Source: Burkholderiaceae bacterium (GTDB lineage Bacteria > Pseudomonadota > Gammaproteobacteria > Burkholderiales > Burkholderiaceae_C). From it: DNA of 64,000 nt. Below the pieces are notes generated by a model, which was not told the DNA's origin, did no database searches, and saw only the letters and a program-made list of their open reading frames with translations. This document shows positions 26,100 to 36,883 of this stretch, piece by piece. The position numbers and the translations under genes were made by a program. The DNA is taken from the NCBI GenBank assembly GCA_041913045.1, contig JAYSGB010000009.1, positions 9,566 to 73,565 on the forward strand, read 5' to 3'. Within the stretch, counting starts at the first letter, position 1, and the number at the start of each line of letters is the position of its first letter.

Positions 26100-27107
26100 T
26101 CAGTGGCCGAGCCCGCACAGGGCGTCGGCCGGGTAGCCGGGACGGGACCGACAGTCGTCAATGTACTGCTCGATTACGTCGCGGAAGGAGGAATCGGGCT
26201 GTAGGCCCAGGGCCGTTGCCCGTTCGGCGGTGGCCCCGCGAGCCCAGTTGCCAACGATATTGGCAATGCGCTCGTCGCGTTCGAAACGTACGCGCTGGCG
26301 CACCGTGGGACCGGCTACCGCTTCCAGTGCGTCCAGCATGTCGCCCACGCGCACGTTCAGGCTCGGAAGGTTGAGTGCCAGGCGTCCGCCCATGGCGTCG
26401 GCACTGGCCTGGTAAACCGCCAGCAGGCCAGCCACGGTGCGGGCGGGCGAAGACACTGGGTGGGTGACGTCGGGATCGACCGGGCAGGTGGTTTCCACCC
26501 CGGCCAGCGGTTCGCGGATGATGCCACTGAAAAACGACGAGGCGGCGCCGTTGGGACGACCTGGCCGCACGGTCACTGTCATCAGTCGGGCCGAGCGACC
26601 ATCGATGTAGCCCTTGCGGGTGTAGTCGGCGATCAGGTACTCGCACATCAGCTTGTGCGTCCCGTACGAGGTCTGTGGCGAGGGCAGCGTGGTGTCGGTG
26701 ATCAGTGCCGGCATGGCCTGGCCGTGCATGGGGCCGAACACTGCCACGGAACTGGCGAATACCAGCTTGGCGACCTTGCCTGACTGGCGCAGGCCCTCGA
26801 GCATGGCGCGGGTGCTGTCTAGGTTGGAGCGCAGGCCGAGCTCAAAGTCGAGTTCGCATTCGCCAGACACTGCAGAGGCCAGGTGGAACACCCCGTCAAA
26901 GCCGCTGGCAAATAGCGTGGTCTGTTCCAGCATGGGGCCGGTTTCGGCACTGACCCGGGGGTCGGACAGCAGATCGGCTGGTGGAGGGAACAGGTCGGCA
27001 ATCACCAGTTCGGTGATGGCGCGGCCATCGAGTTGTCCTTGCTTCAGCAGCTCGCGGGCCAGACGTGCACCCAGGAAGCCGCCGCCGCCTGTCAAAAGGA
27101 TGCGCAT
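26100..27107 (-). CDS. NAD-dependent epimerase/dehydratase-family protein (possibly D-erythronate dehydrogenase-like)
   Basis: Has a GGGGFLG Rossmann motif and YGTHK (YxxxK). The DenD-like idea rests on the sugar-acid context and my recollection of that family. Confidence 0.7.
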   Translation of the reverse strand: MRILLTGGGGFLGARLARELLKQGQLDGRAITELVIADLFPPPADLLSDPRVSAETGPMLEQTTLFASGFDGVFHLASAVSGECELDFELGLRSNLDSTRAMLEGLRQSGKVAKLVFASSVAVFGPMHGQAMPALITDTTLPSPQTSYGTHKLMCEYLIADYTRKGYIDGRSARLMTVTVRPGRPNGAASSFFSGIIREPLAGVETTCPVDPDVTHPVSSPARTVAGLLAVYQASADAMGGRLALNLPSLNVRVGDMLDALEAVAGPTVRQRVRFERDERIANIVGNWARGATAERATALGLQPDSSFRDVIEQYIDDCRSRPGYPADALCGLGH

Positions 27108-27122
27108 GGTGGTGGGTTCCGT

Positions 27123-28862
27123 TCAGTGGTTGTCTTTGGGCACGAAGGCGCCCCGCTGGCCGACCAGAAAGTCCAGGTCGGCGCCTTCGTCGGCTTGAAG
27201 CACGTGGTCGATGTAGAGCTTCCAGTAGCCCGAGTTCAGCGGGGGTGCGGGCGGACTCCACTGGGCCAGGCGGCTTTGCAGCTCGGCTTCACTGATCTCC
27301 AGGTGCAGGCGGCGCTCGGGCACGTTGAGCTCAATCATGTCGCCGTTCTTCACCACCGCCAGCGGACCCCCTGCGGCGGCTTCGGGTGAGGTGTGCAGCA
27401 CAACCGTGCCATAGGCGGTGCCGCTCATGCGGGCGTCGCTGATGCGCACCATGTCGGTGATGCCCTTGCGCAGCACCTTGGGCGGCAGCGGCATATTTCC
27501 GATTTCCGCCATGCCCGGGTAACCCTTGGGACCACAGTTCTTCAGCACCAGAATGCAGGTTTCGTCGACGTCCAGATCTTCGTCGTCGATGCGGGCGTGG
27601 AAGTCTTCGCTGTTCTCGAACACCACCGCACGGCCACGGTGTACCAGCAGCTCGGGCGATGCCGCGCTGGGCTTGATGACGGCACCACGTGGTGCCAGGT
27701 TACCACGCAGGATCGCGATGCCGGCCTTGTCCTTGAACGGATGCTCGAAGGACTTGATGACCCGCGGGTCGTAATTTTGCGCATCGGCGATGTTCTCAGC
27801 CACGGTCTTGCCGCTCACCGTCACGATGTCCTTGTGCAGCAAGTGCTGGATTTCCTTCATCACTACCGGTAGTCCGCCGGCATAGCAGAAGTCTTCCATG
27901 AGGTGTTCGCCCGAGGGCTGCAGGTTGAGCAGGCAAGGCATCTCGCTGCCCAGGCGGTCGAAGTCGTCGACGCTCAGAGCGATGCCGAGGCGACGTGCAA
28001 TAGCGATGAGGTGAATGACGGCGTTGGTGGAGCCGCCGATGGCCGCGAGTGTGCGGATGGCGTTTTCGAACGCCTCGCGGGTCAAGACCTTGGAGATGGT
28101 CTGGTCTTCGTGCACCATCTCGACGACGCGCCGCCCGGCGTTGCGCGCCAGCACGTTACGGCGACCGTCCACGGCAGGGTAGGTGGCGTTGCCCGGCAGG
28201 CCGATGCCTAGCGCCTCGACCATGCTGGCCATCGTGCTGGCCGTACCCATCGTCATGCAATGGCCGTGGCTGCGGTGCATGCAGCTTTCGGCTTCGAAGA
28301 AATCCTGCAGCTTCAGGGTGCCTGCGCGCACCTGCTCGCTCATGCTCCAGACACCGGTGCCGGAACCGAGTTCCTGGCCGCGCCACTTGCCGTTCAGCAT
28401 GGGGCCGCCCGAAACGCCGATGGTGGGCAGGCCGACGCTGGCTGCACCCATGAGCAGAGAGGGCGTCGTTTTGTCGCAGCCCATGAGCAGAACTACGCCG
28501 TCGAGCGGGTTGCCCCGGATGCTTTCCTCCACGTCCATGCTGGCCAAATTGCGGTACAGCATAGCGGTGGGGCGCAGCAGTGTTTCGCCCAAGCTCATTA
28601 CCGGGAATTCGAGGGGAAAGCCGCCTGCCTCGTAGACGCCGATCTTGACCTGCTCGGCCAGGGCTCGGAAGTGGCTGTTGCAAGGCGTGAGTTCGCTGAA
28701 AGTGTTGCAGATGCCGATGACCGGGCGGCCGTCGAACTGATCGTGCGGCACGCCCTTGCCCTTGACCCAGCTGCGGTACATGAACCCGTCGCGGTCCTGG
28801 CGGCCGAACCATTGTTGGCTGCGCAGCGCATGGGCCGGTTTTTTCGGTGGGGTCTGGCTCAT
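27123..28862 (-). CDS. IlvD/Edd-family sugar-acid dehydratase (arabonate/xylonate/galactonate type)
   Basis: LRSQQWFG, the CDKTTPS cluster and overall IlvD/Edd length fit the family. The start is taken at MSQTPP. Confidence 0.85.
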   Translation of the reverse strand: MSQTPPKKPAHALRSQQWFGRQDRDGFMYRSWVKGKGVPHDQFDGRPVIGICNTFSELTPCNSHFRALAEQVKIGVYEAGGFPLEFPVMSLGETLLRPTAMLYRNLASMDVEESIRGNPLDGVVLLMGCDKTTPSLLMGAASVGLPTIGVSGGPMLNGKWRGQELGSGTGVWSMSEQVRAGTLKLQDFFEAESCMHRSHGHCMTMGTASTMASMVEALGIGLPGNATYPAVDGRRNVLARNAGRRVVEMVHEDQTISKVLTREAFENAIRTLAAIGGSTNAVIHLIAIARRLGIALSVDDFDRLGSEMPCLLNLQPSGEHLMEDFCYAGGLPVVMKEIQHLLHKDIVTVSGKTVAENIADAQNYDPRVIKSFEHPFKDKAGIAILRGNLAPRGAVIKPSAASPELLVHRGRAVVFENSEDFHARIDDEDLDVDETCILVLKNCGPKGYPGMAEIGNMPLPPKVLRKGITDMVRISDARMSGTAYGTVVLHTSPEAAAGGPLAVVKNGDMIELNVPERRLHLEISEAELQSRLAQWSPPAPPLNSGYWKLYIDHVLQADEGADLDFLVGQRGAFVPKDNH

Positions 28863-28981
28863 TCTGCCTCCGTAGTGATTGTGTGTCGGGTGGGGATATT
28901 CGGGTTTACATGTTATGGTAATACAATTAAAACGTTGTCGCAATGCACAAGCGACAGTGCCGAACAACAACAGGAGACTCC

Positions 28982-29947
28982 ATGAATGCCCCTTGTGTGC
29001 TTACCGTCGCGTCGCTTTCGCCGTATTACCTCGAAGGCCTCCAAGCCATGGGTGTCGAGGTGCTGGATCGCTTGCACGAACGCGATCCCGAGGCCTTTGC
29101 ACGGCAGGCGCACCGAATCCGGGCGGTCGCCGCTGCCGGTGACTCCTTGGTGCCGGCTGCCTTAATCGCGCAGTTGCCGGCGCTGGAGGTGATTTCGGTG
29201 ATGGGGGTGGGCTATGACGGCGTCGATCTGCCCGCGGCACTGGAGCGAGGCGTTTGTGTTGGTCATACGCCTGGTGTGCTGAACGACGACGTGGCCGACC
29301 TGGCCCTGGCCCTTATGTTGGCGGTCTCTCGTGGCATCGTCGGTGCTGATGCACATGTGCGGGCTGGGCGCTGGCACACCGCAGGGCGTCCCCTTCAGCG
29401 CAAGATGTCGGGCGCACGCCTAGGTTTGGTGGGCATGGGGCGAATCGGCCGCGCCATTGCGCAGCGCGCCCTCGCGTTTGGTATGCAGGTGGCCTACACT
29501 TCGCGCCAGCAAAAGGTCGACCTGCCGTGGGCCTTCTATGCGGACGTAGCAGAACTGGCGGCATGGAGTGATTTCCTGGTATTGATTACCCCAGGTGGTG
29601 CGGGTACGCGTCACTTGGTCGATGCCCGAGTGTTGGCGGCGCTGGGTCCCAAAGGCTACTTGATAAACGTCGCCCGGGGTTCGGTCGTGGATGAGGCGGC
29701 CTTGGTGCAGGCCCTGGCCAATGGCACCATTGCAGGGGCGGGGCTGGATGTGTTTGAGCGCGAACCCGCAGTGCCTGAAGCCTTGTGGTCCATGGAGCAG
29801 GTGGTGCTCACCCCTCACATTGGCAGTGCCACGCACGAAACCCGGCAGGCCATGGCGGCGCTGGCCTGTGACAATCTGCGTGCCCGCCTTGCGGGCCAGG
29901 CGATGCCGACGCCGGTGCCCGAGTGTGCTCAGCGAGCAGGGCGATAG
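28982..29947 (+). CDS. D-isomer-specific 2-hydroxyacid dehydrogenase
   Basis: Has GLVGMGRIGRAIAQRA, NVARGSVVDE and TPHIGSAT motifs. Confidence 0.85.
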   Translation: MNAPCVLTVASLSPYYLEGLQAMGVEVLDRLHERDPEAFARQAHRIRAVAAAGDSLVPAALIAQLPALEVISVMGVGYDGVDLPAALERGVCVGHTPGVLNDDVADLALALMLAVSRGIVGADAHVRAGRWHTAGRPLQRKMSGARLGLVGMGRIGRAIAQRALAFGMQVAYTSRQQKVDLPWAFYADVAELAAWSDFLVLITPGGAGTRHLVDARVLAALGPKGYLINVARGSVVDEAALVQALANGTIAGAGLDVFEREPAVPEALWSMEQVVLTPHIGSATHETRQAMAALACDNLRARLAGQAMPTPVPECAQRAGR

Positions 29948-30010
29948 GGGTTTTCCTGGGGTTGGCATGGCTTGTGGCGAACATCTTATCGTCATACCAT
30001 TGAAACTTCC

Positions 30011-30796
30011 ATGAGACCGCTAATGATCAAAAATGTTCACGGTAATACAGTAGATCTGCTGGGTGAGGCCATCGTGTCTGGGCGTTACCCAATAGGCACT
30101 TCCCTGCCGCCGGAGCCAGTTCTGGGCGAATCCCTGGGGGTCAGTCGCACTGTGGTGCGCGAGTCCATCAAATCCCTGATCGCAAAGGGGCTCATCACTA
30201 CCGGGCCCAAGGTGGGCACGCGTGTCCAGCCCGAAGACCAGTGGAACTGGTTCGACCCCGACGTGATCACCTGGCGCTCCAAAGCCGGTATCACCCCCGA
30301 ATTCCTGCGCGACCTCCAAGACCTACGCCGCATCGTCGAACCGGCCGCGGTGCGTCTGGCGGCCCAGCGCGCCACGCCCGCCGACATCTCAGATCTGGAG
30401 CAGGCCTTTGCCGGCATGCATCATGCGCTGCACTACGGTGGCGACTATGTCGTACATGACCTGCGCTTTCACCAGATCCTGCTGCGGGCAGCTGGCAACA
30501 GGTTGCTCCTTCACATGAGCCGTGCCATCAGTGCCCTGCTGCGCACCAGTTTCGAACTTTCCACGCGCAGAAAAGACAGCCCGCTGCATTCCCTGCCGCT
30601 GCACCGCGCGGTCCTCGACGCGGTGGCTGCCGGCGATCCCGATCGCGCCGAGCGCGCCATCCACGTCCTGATCGAGGGTGCCCATCAGGACATTGAGGAA
30701 GTCTTGGCGCCCAAGCGCCGTCGTACGCAAGCCAGTCCTGCAAAAACCGCCGCCGACCGGCCCGCCGCTCCTCGGCGCGCACGCAAGGCGGTCTGA
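30011..30796 (+). CDS. GntR/FadR-family transcriptional regulator
   Basis: It has an N-terminal GntR HTH (LPPEPVLGESLGVSRTVVRESIKSL). The C-terminal region is FCD-type helical. Confidence 0.85.
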   Translation: MRPLMIKNVHGNTVDLLGEAIVSGRYPIGTSLPPEPVLGESLGVSRTVVRESIKSLIAKGLITTGPKVGTRVQPEDQWNWFDPDVITWRSKAGITPEFLRDLQDLRRIVEPAAVRLAAQRATPADISDLEQAFAGMHHALHYGGDYVVHDLRFHQILLRAAGNRLLLHMSRAISALLRTSFELSTRRKDSPLHSLPLHRAVLDAVAAGDPDRAERAIHVLIEGAHQDIEEVLAPKRRRTQASPAKTAADRPAAPRRARKAV

Positions 30797-30808
30797 ACCG
30801 AGTTCTTC

Positions 30809-31354
30809 ATGCGAAAAGCCATTGACCTGTTTTTCCGCTTTCTGGAGTTGCTCATCGTGGTCGCCATGGTCGCCATGGTGGGCATGGTGTTTGGCAACGT
30901 GGTGTTGCGTTACGGATTTAACTCTGGTATCGACATTTCTGAGGAAATGTCCCGCTACTGCTTCATCTGGCTAACGTATGTCGGCGCCATAGTCGCCATG
31001 CGCGATAAAGCGCACGTGGGCGTCGACGTTGTCATCAAGATGTTGCCGCGGGCGGGCAAGAAGGTCTGCCTATTTCTGAGCGAATCGCTGATGCTGATGA
31101 TCAACGTGCTGTTCTTCATCGGTACTTGGAAGATGCACGAACTGCAAGTCACTAACGTCTCGGTGGTGGTCGGCCTATCCATGATCTGGGTCTACGGGAT
31201 CGGCTATGTGGTCAGCGTGGTGATGGGACTGATCAACCTGAAAGTACTGGCCCAACTCTTGTGCGGGAGGCTACCCGACGACGAATTGGTGCAGGTGGAA
31301 GAGTCGGTGGACACGATCGAGGCGAAAGCCGACTTGCAGGAACTCAAAGGCTGA
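30809..31354 (+). CDS. dctQ: TRAP transporter small permease (DctQ type)
   Basis: A four-TM small protein immediately upstream of a DctM-type gene. Confidence 0.85.
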   Translation: MRKAIDLFFRFLELLIVVAMVAMVGMVFGNVVLRYGFNSGIDISEEMSRYCFIWLTYVGAIVAMRDKAHVGVDVVIKMLPRAGKKVCLFLSESLMLMINVLFFIGTWKMHELQVTNVSVVVGLSMIWVYGIGYVVSVVMGLINLKVLAQLLCGRLPDDELVQVEESVDTIEAKADLQELKG

Positions 31355-31357
31355 GCT

Positions 31358-32656
31358 ATGACCATTGCCGTATTTGTTCTCAGTCTGTTGGGTGGCATGG
31401 CCATTGGCATGCCCATCGCCTATGCGCTGCTGCTGTGTGGCGTCGTACTCATGACCTTCCTCGGCCTGACCACTAACGTGGTCAGCTTCGACAGCCAGAT
31501 TCTGGCTCAGCGCTTTGTGGATGGAGCCGACAGCTTTGCCCTGCTGGCCGTGCCGTTCTTCGTGCTGGCCGGTGAGTTCATGAACGCAGGCGGCCTGAGC
31601 CGCCGCATCATCAACTTAGCAATGGCCTGGGTGGGGCACCTGCGCGGTGGCCTTGGCTATGTGGCCGTCATGGCCGCAATCATCATGGCTTCGCTGTCAG
31701 GTTCGGCCGTGGCCGACACCGCTGCCTTGGCCACGCTGCTCATTCCCATGATGCGTAACGCCGGCTACAACGTCGGTCGTTCCGCTGGCTTGATTGCCGC
31801 CGGCGGCATCATCGCACCCATCATCCCGCCCTCTATTGGTCTGATCGTCTTTGGCGTGGCGGGTAACGTATCCATCACCAAGCTTTTTCTGGCCGGTATC
31901 GTGCCGGGCGTGCTCATGGGCGTGGCCATAGGCATTGCCTGGTGGTTGGTTTCCAAGCGCGACAACGTGCCCACCCAGCCCCGCATGCCCCTGCGCGAGC
32001 GCCTGCGCTACACAGGCGAAGGTTTGCTGGCCCTGGCCCTGCCCGTGATCATCATTGGCGGCATGAAGATGGGAGTCTTCACACCCACCGAAGCTGCGGT
32101 GGTGGCGGCCGTGTTCAGTTTCTTCGTCGGCATGTTCGTTTACCGCGAACTCAAGATCAGCCACCTGTACCACCTTATTCTCGCGGCTGGCAAAACTACG
32201 GCCGTGGTGATGTTTTTGGTCGCTGCGGCCATGGTCAGCGCCTGGCTCATCACAGTGGCCGATATCCCTGCTCAGGTGGTGGGCCTGCTCGAGCCCCTGC
32301 TAGACAACCCCACGCTGTTGATGCTGGTGCTGATGGCGGTGATCTTGCTTGTGGGTACGGCCCTCGACTTCACACCCACAGTGCTCATCCTTACCCCGGT
32401 GCTGATGCCAGTGGTGCTCAAGGCCGGCATCGACCCGGTTTACTTCGGCGTGCTATTCATCATGAACAACGCCATCGGCCTCATCACGCCGCCAGTGGGC
32501 AACGTGCTCAACGTCATCTGCGGCGTAGCCAAGATCGGACTTGACCAAGCCTTCAAAGGCGTGCTGCCCTTCCTGATCGCCCACGTGGTGGTGCTGTTCA
32601 TGCTGGTCCTGTTCCCAGAAATCGTGACCGTGCCACTGCAGTGGTGGATGCGATAG
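31358..32656 (+). CDS. dctM: TRAP transporter large permease (DctM type)
   Basis: A 432-aa polytopic protein with FVLAGEFMN and other DctM-like motifs. Confidence 0.9.
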   Translation: MTIAVFVLSLLGGMAIGMPIAYALLLCGVVLMTFLGLTTNVVSFDSQILAQRFVDGADSFALLAVPFFVLAGEFMNAGGLSRRIINLAMAWVGHLRGGLGYVAVMAAIIMASLSGSAVADTAALATLLIPMMRNAGYNVGRSAGLIAAGGIIAPIIPPSIGLIVFGVAGNVSITKLFLAGIVPGVLMGVAIGIAWWLVSKRDNVPTQPRMPLRERLRYTGEGLLALALPVIIIGGMKMGVFTPTEAAVVAAVFSFFVGMFVYRELKISHLYHLILAAGKTTAVVMFLVAAAMVSAWLITVADIPAQVVGLLEPLLDNPTLLMLVLMAVILLVGTALDFTPTVLILTPVLMPVVLKAGIDPVYFGVLFIMNNAIGLITPPVGNVLNVICGVAKIGLDQAFKGVLPFLIAHVVVLFMLVLFPEIVTVPLQWWMR

Positions 32657-32688
32657 CCTTTCCCTTCACAACCAACCAGGAGACATTA

Positions 32689-33699
32689 ATGATGAAACGA
32701 CGTGCTGTTGCCACCCTGATCGCTGGGGCCGCACTGCTGGCCTCAAGCGGGGCTTTTGCCCAGTTTGCCGAGCGCACCATCAAGTTCACCAACGGTGTGG
32801 CTGCCGACCACCCCGTGGCTGACGGTGTTAAGCGCATGCAGGAAGTGCTCGACGCCAAGACCGGCGGCAAGATCAAGATCAATGCCTTTTGGGGCGGCGC
32901 CGCTGGTGGCGACCTGCAGGCCACCCAGGCCCTGCGTGCCGGCACCCAGGAAATGGTCTGCACCTCCAGCTCGCCGCTGGTTGGCATCATTAAGGAACTG
33001 GGCGTGTTCGACCTGCCTTTCCTGTTCGCTAATGAAAAAGAGGCCGATGCCGTGCTCGACGGCCCCGCCGGCGAATACTTCAACAAGAAGCTCGAAGCCG
33101 TGGGTCTGGTCAACCTGGCTTATTGGGAAAATGGTTTCCGCAACCTCACCAACAGTCGCCGCCCGGTCGCCAAGGTCGAAGACTTCAGTGGTGTGAAGGT
33201 GCGGGTGATGCAGAACAACATCTTCCTCGACACTTTCAAGACGCTGGGCACCAATGCCGTGCCTATGGCCTTCGGCGAGGTGTTCACCGCCCTCGAAACC
33301 AAGACCATTGACGGCCAGGAAAATCCTTTCGTCACCATTGACACTTCCAAGTTCTACGAGGTGCAGAAGTACCTGAGCGTGACACGCCACGCCTACACGC
33401 CCTTCCTGATTCTTTACAGCAAGAAGCTGTGGGACCAGCTCAGCCCAGCCGAGCAGGCAGTGCTGCGTGAGGCCGCCATTGAAGGCCGCAAGGCTCAGCG
33501 CGCCTCCATCCGCGCACAGAGCGACAAGGCTCTGGCTGGCTTGAAGGCCAAGGGCATGCAGGTCAACGAGATTTCGCCGACCGAGCAGAAGCGCATGTTC
33601 GAAAAGGTCAAACCGGTCTACGACAAGCACCAGGAGAGCATTGGTGCCGAAGCCATCAACGTGGTGTTTGATGCCTTGAAGAAGGTGCGCGGCAACTGA
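32689..33699 (+). CDS. dctP: TRAP transporter substrate-binding protein (DctP type)
   Basis: It has a signal peptide (MMKRRAVATLIAGAALLASSGAFA). DctP-like motifs are present (NGFRNLTN, DGQENP). Confidence 0.9.
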   Translation: MMKRRAVATLIAGAALLASSGAFAQFAERTIKFTNGVAADHPVADGVKRMQEVLDAKTGGKIKINAFWGGAAGGDLQATQALRAGTQEMVCTSSSPLVGIIKELGVFDLPFLFANEKEADAVLDGPAGEYFNKKLEAVGLVNLAYWENGFRNLTNSRRPVAKVEDFSGVKVRVMQNNIFLDTFKTLGTNAVPMAFGEVFTALETKTIDGQENPFVTIDTSKFYEVQKYLSVTRHAYTPFLILYSKKLWDQLSPAEQAVLREAAIEGRKAQRASIRAQSDKALAGLKAKGMQVNEISPTEQKRMFEKVKPVYDKHQESIGAEAINVVFDALKKVRGN

Positions 33700-33770
33700 G
33701 CCCGTACCGAATGGGCCGCAAAGGGATGCCTTTGCGGCCTTTTTTCTTTCCCGTTACTCCATTGCTTGCC

Positions 33771-34709
33771 ATGCCAGACCACAATCGCCATCCCCGTCCC
33801 GGTTACCGAGGGGTGTTCCCAGTGGTACCCACCACCTTTACCTCCAGTGGTGAACTCGACCTGTCCAGCCAGCGACGTTGCCTCGATTTCATGATCGATG
33901 CTGGCTCGCAGGGCCTATGCATCCTCGCCAACTTTTCCGAGCAATTCGCCCTCTCGGACGACGAGCGCGAAATCCTGACCCGCACCATGCTGGAACACGT
34001 TGCCGGCCGGGTGCCGGTGATCGTCACCACCTCCCATTTTTCATCGGCGGTGTGCGCCGCACGCAGCCGCCGCGCCCAGGACATGGGGGCCGCCATGGTG
34101 ATGGTGATGCCGCCCTACCATGGTGCCACCCTGCGAGTGCCCGAGGCACGTACAGCCGAGTTCTACCAAGTGGTGTCCAATGCCATTGACATCCCGATCA
34201 TGGTGCAGGACGCGCCGGTCAGCGGCACGCCCATGTCAGCCGCCTTCCTTGCTCGCATGGCCAATGAGATCGAGCACCTGGCCTACTTCAAGATCGAGAC
34301 GCCTGGTGCGGCGGCCAAGCTGCGCGAACTCATTGCCCTGGGCGGTGAAGCGATCGAGGGCCCTTGGGACGGCGAAGAGGGAATCACCCTTCTGGCCGAC
34401 CTGGATGCCGGTGCTACTGGCGCCATGACTGGTGGCGGGTTCCCCGACGGCATGCGCAGCATCGTCGACCCCTACCTGGCGGGCGACCGCGAGGCCGCTG
34501 TGGCCGCTTACGGCCGCTGGCTGCCGCTGATCAACGCCGAAAACCGGCAGGGCGGGATTCAGACCGCTAAGGCCCTGATGCTGGCTGGTGGTGTGATCGA
34601 ATGTGACACCATGCGTCACCCTTTCCCCAACATCCACCCGGCCACGCGCGCAGGGCTGCTCGACGCCGCACGTCGACTCGACCCTCTGGTACTGCGCTGG
34701 GCGCATTGA
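33771..34709 (+). CDS. DHDPS/NAL-family dehydratase, L-2-keto-3-deoxyarabonate dehydratase-like
   Basis: GVFPVVPTTFTSSGELDLSSQRRCLDFMIDAGSQGLCILANFSEQF and the C-terminal DPLVLRWAH closely resemble the Azospirillum AraD-type enzyme as I recall it. Confidence 0.7.
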   Translation: MPDHNRHPRPGYRGVFPVVPTTFTSSGELDLSSQRRCLDFMIDAGSQGLCILANFSEQFALSDDEREILTRTMLEHVAGRVPVIVTTSHFSSAVCAARSRRAQDMGAAMVMVMPPYHGATLRVPEARTAEFYQVVSNAIDIPIMVQDAPVSGTPMSAAFLARMANEIEHLAYFKIETPGAAAKLRELIALGGEAIEGPWDGEEGITLLADLDAGATGAMTGGGFPDGMRSIVDPYLAGDREAAVAAYGRWLPLINAENRQGGIQTAKALMLAGGVIECDTMRHPFPNIHPATRAGLLDAARRLDPLVLRWAH

Positions 34710-34733
34710 CGCCCCCTCACGGAGACACGACCC

Positions 34734-35930
34734 ATGAAGATCACACAGCTTGAGACACTGCGCCTGGGGGAGTTTCCTAACATCCTGTGGGTGCGGATCC
34801 ACACCGACGAGGGCCTGGTGGGCTTGGGGGAAACCTTCATGGGTGCCTCGGCGGTCGAGGCCTACCTGCACGAATGGGCTGCGCCCAAGTTGCTGGGCCA
34901 GGATCCCCTTGCGATCGAATCTCGTAATCGCGACCTCACCGGGTACCTGGGTTGGCGCGGCTCCGGGGTGGAAACGCGTGGCAATTCGGCCACCGACATC
35001 GCGTTATGGGACCTGTTTGGCAAGGCCGCCAACATGCCGGTCTACACGGCGCTTGGAGGCAAGAGCCGCGACGCTATCCGCATCTACAACACCTGCGCCG
35101 GCTACCAGTACGTACGAAGCAACACCAACCAGACCTCGTCCAACTGGGGGCTGGGCAATGCGATCGGACCCTACGAGGACCTGCAGGGTTTCCTGCATCA
35201 CGCCGATGAACTGGCCGTATCGTTGCTGAGTGAGGGTATCACCGGTATGAAGATCTGGCCCTTCGACATGGCTGCAGAAAAGAGCGATGGTCAGTACATA
35301 AGCAACGCCGACCTTGACGCTGCGCTGGAGCCCTTCCGCAAGATCCGATCCGCCGTGGGCGACCGCATGGATATCATGGTCGAGTTCCATAGCCTTTGGC
35401 GCCTGCCCATGGCGCAGAAAATCGCTCGCGCTCTCAAGCCCTTCAAAACCTTCTGGCACGAGGACCCGATCCGCATCGATAGCCTTGATTTGCTCAGGGC
35501 ATACTCCAAGGACTGCGAGGCGCTTATCTGTGCCAGCGAAACCCTGAGCTATAAGTGGGGTTTCAAGGACTACCTGCAGACCGGCGTGGCTGGCGTGGCC
35601 ATGCTCGATTTGAGTTGGTGCGGTGGCCTGAGCGAGGCGCGCAAAATCGCTGCCATGGCCGACGCCTGGCAATTGCCGGTGGCGCCGCACGACTGTACTG
35701 GCCCGGTGGTGTGGGCTGCCTCCACCCACCTTTCGCTGCACGCCCCCAATGCCCTGATCCAGGAAAGCGTACGCGCCTTCTACACCGGTTGGTACAAGGA
35801 GTTGGTGACCGAACTGCCACGGGTCGAGTGCGGCATGATCAGCCTTTCTGATAAGCCCGGGCTTGGCCTGGAACTGCAGCCTGACCTGCACAAACGCCGC
35901 GACGCTACGGTGCGCATTTCAGCGCTGTAA
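34734..35930 (+). CDS. enolase-superfamily (mandelate racemase/muconate lactonizing) sugar-acid dehydratase candidate
   Basis: MKITQLETL..VRIHTDEGLVGLGET at the N-terminus and the later metal-ligand regions are typical of MR/MLE members. Confidence 0.8.
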   Translation: MKITQLETLRLGEFPNILWVRIHTDEGLVGLGETFMGASAVEAYLHEWAAPKLLGQDPLAIESRNRDLTGYLGWRGSGVETRGNSATDIALWDLFGKAANMPVYTALGGKSRDAIRIYNTCAGYQYVRSNTNQTSSNWGLGNAIGPYEDLQGFLHHADELAVSLLSEGITGMKIWPFDMAAEKSDGQYISNADLDAALEPFRKIRSAVGDRMDIMVEFHSLWRLPMAQKIARALKPFKTFWHEDPIRIDSLDLLRAYSKDCEALICASETLSYKWGFKDYLQTGVAGVAMLDLSWCGGLSEARKIAAMADAWQLPVAPHDCTGPVVWAASTHLSLHAPNALIQESVRAFYTGWYKELVTELPRVECGMISLSDKPGLGLELQPDLHKRRDATVRISAL

Positions 35931-35968
35931 AAGGGCGAGGCACCGTCAGGACCGCACCCGTAAGTGCC

Positions 35969-36883
35969 TCACTGTTCGTGCGCGCCCTTCAGGCCGTTCT
36001 GATGGGCGACAAAATCCGCCAGCATTGGCACGAAGCGCTCGCCTTGGCCAGCGGCGTCCATGGCGGCGTAACTGTTCTTCACCAGCGACTGCAGCGGCGA
36101 TAACGCACCAATCTCGTTGGCCAGACTGGCCAGATAACGCATGTCCTTGTGGGCGTTTGTGATGGTGAACTTGTGTGAGTTCTCGTTGCCGTCGATTGTC
36201 CAACCCATGAAGGTGTCGTAGAAGCCGCAGCGCATGCGCCCGGAGCCGATGACCTGGTGCAACTTCTCTGGTGTCAGGCCTGCCTTGCGGCCGATGGCCA
36301 GTGCCTCGGCATACAGCGCTCCGTAGCCCATTGCGACGAAGTTGTTGATCAGTTTGGTGGTGTGGCCCACGCTGACCTGTCCGAGGTGCATGATCCTGCC
36401 TGCCCAGCAGGCAATCACAGGTTCGACCTTGGCGAATGTGCTGTCATCGGCACCAACCATCGCCAGCAGTTGGCCCGCCTCGGCTTCCACCGGTGTGCCG
36501 CCAAGAGGGGCGTCCATGAAGGTTATGCCCTTGCTGGCACCCTCAGCTGCCAGAGCCTGCGTGGACACAGGGTTGGAGGTGGAGCAGTCGATCACAATGA
36601 GGCCAGGTCTGCCGTTAGCGAAGACCCCAGCAGGGCCCCGCATGAGGGCCTCGACCTGCGGGCTGCCAGTCACACAGATGAAGATGACGTCGCAGGTCGC
36701 AGCCAGGTCGGCCTGGTTAGCCACCTCGGTCGCGCCTAGCGACTTGAGGCTTTCGACAGGCGTGCGGTTTCGGTGCCCCATCACATGCAGTGGGTAGCCC
36801 TTGGTGACGATGTTCTTGGCCATGCCATGGCCCATGAAGCCGAGGCCTATGAAGCCGATGACGGGTGGGGTATTGGTGCTCAT
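35969..36883 (-). CDS. NAD(P)-dependent 3-hydroxyisobutyrate-dehydrogenase-family oxidoreductase (L-threonate dehydrogenase-like candidate)
   Basis: Has an IGFIGLGFMGHGMAKN Rossmann motif. It sits next to the PdxA2 and DUF1537 genes. Confidence 0.75.
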   Translation of the reverse strand: MSTNTPPVIGFIGLGFMGHGMAKNIVTKGYPLHVMGHRNRTPVESLKSLGATEVANQADLAATCDVIFICVTGSPQVEALMRGPAGVFANGRPGLIVIDCSTSNPVSTQALAAEGASKGITFMDAPLGGTPVEAEAGQLLAMVGADDSTFAKVEPVIACWAGRIMHLGQVSVGHTTKLINNFVAMGYGALYAEALAIGRKAGLTPEKLHQVIGSGRMRCGFYDTFMGWTIDGNENSHKFTITNAHKDMRYLASLANEIGALSPLQSLVKNSYAAMDAAGQGERFVPMLADFVAHQNGLKGAHEQ